A DNA stretch of 63,936 bases, the filler included, from Perkinsus olseni (lineage: Eukaryota): assembly GCA_013115125.1 (NCBI GenBank). It is 3 parts of 3 records of this genome, joined end to end, with 100 filler letters (N's around TTAATTAATTAA, not from the genome) between each part and the next. Parts side by side here need not be neighbours in the genome. Positions count along the whole stretch, not along the records: positions 44,483 to 63,936 come from JABANN010000599.1; 2 more parts are not named here. The stretch is one strand, 5' to 3'. Below the pieces are notes generated by a model. The model was not told the DNA's origin, made no database searches, and was given only the letters and a program-made list of their open reading frames with translations. Numbering within the stretch: position 1 is the first letter of the stretch; each line of letters starts with the position of its first letter. Shown one piece after another: positions 55,351 to 63,936 of the stretch. The translations under genes were made by a program, and so were the position numbers.

Positions 55351-57600
55351 GGATGCCTCCCTTCCACTGCGAAGTTGCTTCACTCTTCTTTCGTTGTTGA
55401 CATCACGTGTGAAGTCTTAGTGAAGGCAATGTCCGATAGTTCTGTATGACCTTGTGGTGGGCTCGGCAACAGCAGCAGCAGTCTAGTTTCTGCTTTCTAT
55501 GCTCTTTGAGCTGCATTCATCGGATGTTCACTTATCTGAGACGATCCCATTTTCTGGATTTCTCATTGTTCTCGTCAAGCTACCACTTGAATTTCGATTG
55601 ACCTCGCATTTTCCGGTTCCACAAAAGGAGCTTCCGGGGTCGGTGGTAGTCTTGATGGTGTTATTAGAATAAATCCTTCTGTTTTCCGTTGATTCTTGTC
55701 GTTGTTGTCTCTCTTTTTGCTATTGTTGTCGTTGAAGTTACGATTCTCCTGTCTACCATTACTATTACTATCACTAGACTGATACTGCTACTAAGTTTAT
55801 CTTCCTTAATGTGTCTAGCGGCAGTCTAAGAACTCCACTGTATAGCAACAACCTTACTCCTCTATCGTTCGATTCCCGATCGCCGGACGCCTGTACCGCT
55901 TTGTTGTTGCCGTCATAGCGCGGTTACCCCCACAGTGGATTTTTCTTTGCTTAAGACTCATTCAGCCCGCAGACACCATCGTTGTCGTAAGTTGCCTTGA
56001 TTATCATTGCCTCACCGCCCTCTTCTACATACCCATTACCGCCACAAGCGCGGACTTCCAATCCGTGGGTCGCAGCGGAACCATCATTACTGTCTATTTC
56101 ACTAACATCCTCACCGAGGCCAGTAGTCTCTGCTTTTCGTGTGTATTCCGTGACTTCATCTTCTTCTTGTGATAATACCAGTTCTAACTGGGACGATCGT
56201 CGTTGTAGTAGCGAATTGAGTTGCTACTTCCATCAATCATGAGGTGATGCTAGAGGCTATCCCTCCAACACCGTACGAAGTGTGCTACTCAGGGTTTTCG
56301 CTCTTCGTCGTGGCAGACGATTATTCGGCCTTGTACTAGTGTGGCGCGACTCTCGGCTTCAATCTTCGAAAACCAGGAGTTTCCGAGGGTCGAGGAGGTG
56401 CTTGGTGAGAGAGACGTTATTGATGGCCCTGGCCCTAGGATTGAGCGCGGTACGTTTACCGGACGTGTATCCCCTTCTACTACTTCAAATCCCCATTCGA
56501 ATTCGTCCAGTATGGTGTCCATTGTTTTATATTATTGCCGACGAGTCTGGTCACCAGACTCTGGTGCGGTAGGAGGTATGAGCGTGTCGGCCCTGTGCTG
56601 AGTTGGCTAGGCCGTATCTTCTGTCGGACGCCATCGTTGTTCCTGTTCCCGCTGTTACTTACTGTATCTCTCTCTTCCTTATTGTTTCTGTCGACGCTCC
56701 ATGCGTCTCTCCCTTCTACACTATGGTGATCAATGATAAGTATACAATCATTCACCCCATCACAACCTTGTATCTCAGTGGAATTATGATTTTCTCTCTA
56801 GTAGTGTGCACAAGCCCAGCGCCCACCATGTGAGGTAGCTGTTAAATGCTTGCTAAAATACGACTTACGCGTGCTAAGATTATTTCCTGTAACAATTCCG
56901 TTCAGCGGGCCACGCCTCTCTGTTGCGTTGCTCGGGGATCGTGGGGGTCGCTTCAGGGTTTGGTGCCCCAGAATGCAGGAAGTTGCCGTGGTGCCTCCTC
57001 CTCCACAGCCTTTGCTGCTTTTCGTGGTGAACGTAAAGACAGCGGCCACAGTGTGGATTGAAGTGAGCCAGAGTGACAAGGTGTCGATGCTGAAGAAGTA
57101 CACTCTCAAGAAGACAGGTGAGGGACCTTTTCAATATTTGAATGAAATCTGCTGTTTTGTCAGGCATACCGGTAGAAGAGCAAATCCTATTGCATTCCGG
57201 AGAGGAGCTGAAAGACGAGTAAGGGACTTCGTCTAATTCGCGTATTAGGGTGTTAAGCCTCGCCAGATATGTTCTGAGGGACTGTGCGGCCGCCCTGCAG
57301 GATAACAACGTCGTGCATCTCGTGGATAGGCGAGATGCCCCGGGTAGGTCGGGTTCATCGCGGTCAGACCGTCGGAGTCCGCTGACTCGTGGTCTTGGTA
57401 CCTCACAAGTGTCTGGTATCTGCCAGATGTTTCTGTGCGTTGTAACAGGTGAAATAACTGCAGAGGAGGCCGTGACAGGAGAGGCGGTCCCAGCGGCAGC
57501 TCATACTAATAATTAACACGGTGTTGCTCTCGATTTTGGTTGCACTTTCTTCGTATCATCGGGTGTCGGATGACGGTCAGATCGTTAGTCTTACACTTGC

Positions 57601-60364
57601 ATGCGAGAGGTCATCACGTGTCATCTCGGCCAAGCGGGATGTTCTGTGGGCCAGAAGGTCTGGGAGCTCTTCTGTGTTGAACATGGCATTGAACCAGACG
57701 GTAGAGCATGGGAGAGAGAACTCGTCCGCCTGTTCATCGAAGCCCTTTTTTTCCGAGTCTTTTCAGTGTGATCACGAGCTTCGATGAAAGGGGCTTCTAT
57801 CGGTTACGCTGTTTTTAACAAGCCGATTGGGCGCATGCCCCCTTCTGAGGGGCATGTTAAGTCGAAAACCTAGTGGGTGGGCTTCATGATCAGGAACGAT
57901 GCCGAGTGACGAGTCCGTCGGGTCTATGGAGGATCCCTTCAACACTTTCTTTCACGAGACTCCATCAGGGCAGCACGTCCCTCGAACCTTATTCATGGAC
58001 ACTGATCCAAGTAATAAAATGCTGTCAGGTGGGATCGAACCCGCGACTAGAGGATGCTCAGGTACTAAGCACGAGATACTTGGGCCGCGCTCCAAGTGGC
58101 GTGATCTGTATAATCCCGAGCAAGTGATGGGGTACAAGCAAGATTGCCGCAGTAACTTCTTCGAGGGCAGAACGCAGGCGATCGAGTAATACCAGGGTTG
58201 GTCGTCGCTTGACTCCGGGGGATTGAGATAAGGCACAATCTCTCAAGATCGAACTGCAAGCTGAGTTCGTGCTTAGTGCTGACTATCGGGGCAAAATGGC
58301 GGAGATCTACTTAAATGGGGACGATGTTTGCAGGTACCATATAGTGGACGAGATGATGGACAGGTTGCGGAAGGAGGCTGATAAATGCTCCAACCTGGCA
58401 GGATTCTTCGTGAGCACTCGCTGATACCCTAGCACACGTTGTTGAGCTCGCGACGTTTCAGACCTTTCGCTCTTTCGGTGGAGGGACGGGCTCGGGGATC
58501 GGCTGTGAGCTGCTGGAGGCTTTGAGGGAACAGTTCGAGAAAAAGGTAGTGACCTTACCGTAGGACTTGGGTTCGATTTTTCCCGGCCTGACCACTTTGG
58601 CTAAGATAGCTCAGTTGTGCATTGCAGGAAATCTCACAATGATTCTCACAGGTTATCCTAGAGCCCGTGTTGTACCCCAGTGCCGAATACAGCAGCTCAG
58701 CGGTTGAACCGTAGTACTTCCGAGAGGTGATCTCTGCAGGACTTGATCAGATACAACTGTCTCTTTGCTACTGCATATAGCAAGGCTGTCTGTGATCTCT
58801 CTCTCATGCTTGATAATCAAGCGGCCTATAAATTATGCCGTGATCAACTGGCAGTCAAAAACCCGGTATTTATCGAGAATCGGCTCTGATGGTGCATGGT
58901 GATCCTCTCAGACCTTCTATCATCTCAACCGGCTCATCTCCCAAGTCGTATCGGCTTGTACGACCTCCCTGCGCTTCGAATCCATGATCAACGCTAGTCT
59001 GCTGGAGATAGTCCATAACATAGTAGAGGCCCCTGTACGCCCGTCATCGGGCCTGTGTTGTATCTCAGGTCCCTACCCCGGTTTATAGGTATCCTATAGT
59101 ATCATTATCACCGGTGCGCCATGCATCGCGGCATAGGTAGTGCCAGTTGGTTGCCCATAAGAATCCTGATCTATTTCGTGGCGCAGTAGGCATGAATCCT
59201 TCTCCACCAAGGATATAGTTGTTGACCTTTTTGAGCCCAAGAACTTTCTTTGCGATGTTGGCTCGACGCTGCGGTTGAATCGCTATCTGAGTGTGTGCGT
59301 ACTGCTAAGGTGGGAAGAGAAGGTCGTGGGTTCAATCCCTTGTCACTGTATCTGAAGAGGTACTGATCCCCGTCACGACGGAGGTCCGGGCACTGTTGGC
59401 CCTCCTATGCAGGCGGTAGCATTCTCAATGGCTCGCCGTCTTCCTACCCGCCCTTGGTGTCTTCTCAGGTGGATGCCATGCAAGCGATCAACGGCCTATG
59501 TCATCCCAAAGCCAGCTATCGTGCAGCGCTGCGATTCCTACCGTGGATTGGTGAGGGGAGGCCTTACGCTGGGCGCGAGCCAGTTGTGGTTATGCTGACC
59601 GTCGGATCTCTTCGATGTTTGCTTCGAGCGACTCATCATGAAAATACGCCCCTGGCCACTCTTCTCGATGCCTCTATCCTCAGAGTCCGGATTCAAAGTC
59701 GGCGTTGTTGGCGTACCGCCCACCATACCTCCTGGTGGTGATGGTAAACCGTGTATGGCGCCTAGCGATCGTCAGGGGTGCCTCCTGGCTAACACTACTG
59801 CAGTCAGGACGATGTTCTTGAGACAATATAAGAAGTTTTTGCAGGTGAGGTTTAGTAGGGTATAGCCATCTATGATTCTGAGCGACGGAGCGGGTGACAG
59901 ACGGGCTAGGCTCTTTACTCGGACCCAGACTAGCTGAAGCGCCCTGGCGCTGATCCCATTGCCCTGAAGCGCTCGGCTGTTTTCTCTTTTGTAGTTATTC
60001 TATCATAAGTCGTATGTTTGGCAGTTCGTAGATGCCAACGGCGAGATGGATATGTTCTACGAGGCAAAGGAAATTGTGAGGACTGTAAGGCCGTAAGCGC
60101 ATATGGGCGCGTTGCATACCACTCCTTTCGTTAATTATCTGTCGTAGATCATAGATGACCACGAAGCGTTACTTCAGCAGTGCATGGAGAAGGAGAGCGA
60201 AACCAACGTTGTAGGGTACTCTGCGGGTTTATATCGTAAAGTCACTCCAGTTGGAGATGGTCGGTGCCACAATACATCCTCATGACGCCCATGCCGCCGC
60301 CGAGGATAATCCTACCCCGCTCGTGGATGAGGAGAACGATCAGAGAATTGCCCAGCGGGGTTGA
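57601..60364 (+). CDS. Divergent alpha-tubulin-like protein (about 14 exons)
   Basis: [107 protein letters not shown] at 60362-60364. Confidence 0.9.
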
Positions 60365-60483
60365 CGTCGTTCATGTCATGTGTGTCGATTGAGTGTCATT
60401 TCTAAGTAATAGTTTGTGTGGTGTTCTATGGTGGAAGTAGTGATGATGATTTAGTAGCTAGATACCGCCGTTACACTGTCCTA

Positions 60484-61822
60484 ATGTCGTCTGCCAGTCG
60501 TAGTCGATCCAGATCCTATTCCAAAAGCTCCGATAGGGCGGAGCGTAGCCGATCGAAGACTCCTACCAGAGAGGAGGAGGATAAGGCTGCCGAGCGTAGC
60601 GCTAGCGAGCATCAGGAGGACAGGGCTGTCGAGCATAGCGCTAGCGAGCATCAGGAGCCCGCCTCCGAAGAGAAGAGTCCTGTGAAGGAACGCGATGAAT
60701 CTGAGGGTCGTAGGAGCGGTAGTGAAGACTCGGTACGATCGAGTAGGAGGGGTGATAGTAGAGACCGTCGGGAGGAGCGAAGCCGCAGCAGAAGTCCGTA
60801 TAGTCGTAGACGCGGAAGTAGTCGGAATGAGCGCTCGAGATCTCGCAGTGAGCAGGGCGGCAGCCGAGGTAGGAAGTTGTTCATCATCAGCTTCAACAGT
60901 GTCACTGTTGGCCTGTCAGGTCGCTCGGAGTCCGACTCCCGTCGTCGCCCAACGGGAAGGAGGGAACGCAGTCGTTCTCGCACCCCTGGCGGTCGTGGAG
61001 GAGCTCGTGAGGGGTCCTGCAGTCTGCTAGTCAGAAACCTCGTAAGAAACTTCTGGGTTGGATATCTCAGCATCACGACCCACTACTTTCAGCCCGATGA
61101 TCTCAACCCTATGAGGCTCCGTGATGCCTTCGAGCGCTTTGGTTATGTCCGGGACGTGTACATTCCCCTCGACTACTACAGCAAGAGGCCTCGAGGCTTC
61201 GGCTTTGTCGAGTTTGATGATCCTAGAGACGCTGATGAAGCAAGAGACTCCATGGATGGCCAGAGGCTCGGTAGCAACTATGTTGGTAATGACAGTTAGA
61301 ATGGGAGAGGTCGAGCATGCGAACCGTCTCTGTCCTGTAGAAGTGGAGATAGCCAAGCAGCGACGGAAGTCCCCAAAGACCATGCGAAGGCTAGATGATG
61401 AGTATAGAGGTGAGAGGCTGAGCTGGTAGCATGGCTGTTAGTGGCCACCACGCCGTGTCACTGTTAGGCGGAAGGCCCTCTCGAGGAGGATATGGTGGCG
61501 GTTACGGTGGCGGTTACGGTGGTGGTTACGGTGGCGGTTACGGTGGCGGATATAGGTAAGGTTAATATTGCATTATCCCGGTTGTTGCTTTGACTGTTCA
61601 AAACTTCAGAGGTGATCGTGACTACTACTCAGAGGGCAGGAGTCGTCGCCGTTCCCCTTCCTACGGCAGGTGAGGAGCGGGGACGCCCCTACGCCCAGGT
61701 CGTATCGCTAATTCTAGTCTCACCGTGCAGTTTTTAGTATAGGTTCCGCGTCGCCTTCACCGCCCCAGTTCACCTCCTTTTCCTTTCCCTTCAGGCGCTC
61801 TCGCTCACGAGATCGTTATTAA
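60484..61822 (+). CDS. Serine/arginine-rich splicing factor (SC35/SCL-like, single RRM)
   Basis: RS-rich N-terminus, RRM SLLVRNL...FGYVRDVYIPLDYYSKRPRGFGFVEF...RKSPKTMR, GGGY repeats, and an RS tail ending RSRSRDRY*. Confidence 0.92.
61492..61554 (+). repeat. 12-bp coding repeat encoding (GGGY)n
   Basis: GGTTACGGTGGC units in the SR gene. Confidence 0.85.
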
Positions 61823-61979
61823 GTCGCCTTCAACAATAGGAGAGCCATAATAGCTCAGCCATTGCAGCGGTGTCTGGTTTACTAAGTAGATAAAATCGAA
61901 GATACGTACTTACTCGGAATACTTCAAGTTCTTGTGTTTTTCAATTTGGACGAGAGCTGGGTGGCATGCGTAACGTGTT

Positions 61980-63135
61980 ATGCTATCGGCCCCTTCAAGC
62001 CTACTACGGCCGACAGCCTGGGCCGCATCGCTGGGATGGGGTGGGATGCTGGCCCCTCTAGCCGGGCAGATCAGGTAGAAGCGGGCTGCCGTTCGGTAGA
62101 GCTGATGTGTACGACGGAGTGGATTCATAAGTATCCAAGCTTGGGAGTGGGCATGTGTGGCTTTCTGCTTCTAGTCACCGTGGAGAATGTATCATACACG
62201 GAAGTCTGTCGCCTCCGTGGAGTTGGGCTGGTGCGTTGCACTCGTTGTCGATTGTCGATCAGGGGTATGAAGGTTCGAGTAAGGCAACGGCGATCTCATA
62301 AAGGCCGCTTACTGCAGCATCACCAAACTCACTATGTGCCCAAGTAATACCACATACGCGATTGGGTGGTGAGGTCCGTCACCAGTTGAACCGGGTTGCA
62401 GCTTGGTACCACATTACAATTGTACTGAAGTTGGACCAATACCGATTAAATGCTTTTACTTGCGGCGTAAATTGAGATGTTCGAATTCACTTTCTAAATC
62501 CATTCCTCTTTGTGGTCTTCACTAGCTGCTTTCAGGCCGATATCATACATGGCGATACCGAAGAGCGTTATGGCTAGCGGGTATATAAGGAGGATGTTCC
62601 GAGCAGGTAGGGATGGCAGGTGAAAGGTAGGCCCTCAATATGGCTGTAGGTACGAATGAATCTAGAGAGCTCATCAAGCAAATTGAATGGACGAAGTATC
62701 TTTGCGGTGTGAGAGGTGTGGTGGTCAACCTAAGATACTTGCATGGTATCTTTTGACTGTAGGGGTGAGGTGGCATCCGAGCGGGTCCTGGAGAGTCCAA
62801 TTCAAGCGGCGGTGCTATGAACATAACTACTTCGTCAATTGCAGCTGTTATTTCAGAGTCGGCCAGTGGGGGTTCGACAGGTGAATCAAAGATGTGTAAC
62901 CAAAGGAGTGGTATGGAAGCATGCATTCAGGGCTAAGGAGATGGCCATAGCATATCGCCGTCGACTTGAGTACGAGTGGGCGGAGGTACAGGAGGCGTGG
63001 AAGGTGATTGACCACGAGCGAGAGGCCGCTCGGTTGAAGAAGCGTGAGGCCCGACGCGTAGCTGAGTTGGAGGCTCAGGATATGATGGAGCATGATGGTG
63101 ATGCGGATGGGCTGCTCATCGGTGGCGAGGAGTGA
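61980..63135 (+). CDS. ApiAP2-type AP2-domain protein with a putative mitochondrial presequence (6 exons)
   Basis: Spliced: MLSAPSSLLRPTAWAASLGWGGMLAPLAGQIR|GMKVRVRQRR...WTKYLC|GVRWHPSGSWRVQF...YFRVGQWGFDR|AKEMAIAYRRRLE. All junctions are GT-AG and in frame. Confidence 0.8.
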
Positions 63136-63140
63136 GGGGA

Positions 63141-63815
63141 TGTTTCTGCAGCATGTATCCTTACTAGCACTGTTTCTGCACGATGGGGTAGTTGTTGTCG
63201 TCGGTAACCCAGTCGAGGCGGGCTTCATAGAAGGGGCTGGGGATTGGTCGACAAGGGTGTATGCAGTTGATTGCGTAAGCTTCCTTGTCCTCGACACGTC
63301 GCCCTATGTGGTGCTATTCTCTGCGTTATGGGCGTAGCCTCACTACTTAGCGAGGCTCATGTTAATGTCATCTGCTGTCTACTTTTTAATATCTTTCTCG
63401 TCACGGATATGATGATCGAGGTTGGTCCTGTTTTTCCAAGTCTTGGGTTGTCACTAAATGTTGGGAGCTTGAGGATGGTATGGTATTATTCCCCGGATTC
63501 CACCTCCCCTATGCGGTCGCTCCCCCTGCCCTGCCTGGTGACCCTACAGGCTTATTTATGAAGATGCTTCATAGGGTACAGGAGATAGGGTTTAAGAACG
63601 GGGAGATACTTCAGAGGGGGGCTCTGGAAGCACAAGGGAAAAATGAGGCTTACGAGAAGTGGGCTAACGAGATGGCGAGTCATGGCAAGGTGAACTTCCA
63701 AGCGGGGATGATGCGCCTTACCAGTATGACGGAATGGCCATGGAAATCCATAATAGTCGAGCCTATCCCTTTTTCTGGCTGCGTCCTAACATCGTGGGCT
63801 AGAGGTGCGGCCTGA
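63141..63815 (+). CDS. Hypothetical protein with hydrophobic N-terminus (fragmentary)
   Basis: MFLQHVSLLALFLHDGVVVVVG followed by a GTAAG donor, with further open segments at 63480-63815. Confidence 0.3.
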
Positions 63816-63936
63816 CGTAGCGGAGTAGTGGTCGGTCACTTGGTCAGGATCCATCAGCATGGCAGCGGGTGCCCCTCCCTCCTCCTCGCAAATGCATACC
63901 CAACTACGATATGTGTCCTATTGGATGGCATAGGTT

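Noticed and set aside
55700-57500. Possible gene(s) in overlapping short ORFs on both strands
   Set aside because: No consistent exon chain or recognisable domain could be established.
59413-59468. Possible GC-AG intron in the tubulin gene
   Set aside because: An in-frame GT donor 3 nt downstream explains the junction equally well.
59863-59883. TAGCCATCT as a relict Perkinsus/dinoflagellate spliced leader (similar TAGCCATTTT near 6604 and 11187)
   Set aside because: Only 9-10 nt match, located in introns, and lacking the GGCTCAAG 3' part.

Overview
Eukaryotic, gene-dense, intron-rich genomic DNA with three N-gaps. Gene content and style (many 45-100 nt GT-AG introns, an ApiAP2 domain, an intronless pepsin-like protease) suggest a myzozoan alveolate, most likely Perkinsus. 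That assignment is inference only. Genes recognisable by manual splicing: polypeptide GalNAc-transferase with an extended ricin-B region, class I SAM methyltransferase, GH30 glucosylceramidase (cut by a gap), ALMT/FUSC-like membrane protein, Prp43/DHX15 helicase, POT/PTR peptide transporter, pepsin-family aspartic protease, atlastin, pecanex-like protein, RRM-like protein, a highly divergent alpha-tubulin, an SR splicing factor and a probably mitochondrion-targeted AP2-domain protein, plus several hypotheticals. The most striking non-coding signal is in short introns of at least five unrelated genes. They repeatedly carry tRNA-like pieces in either orientation: a T-arm/B-box piece (AGGTCNCGGGTTCGAWYCC), an A-box-like piece (AATTTCGTGGCGC) and, once, a tRNA-length element joining both around a CAT 'anticodon'. 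A third dispersed motif (TATCTTAGGTCGA) and frequent intron-internal stems also occur. A TA-flanked foldback/MITE element with 41-bp subterminal repeats sits at 41612-42440. Exon boundaries and protein identities were read by eye and need computational confirmation.
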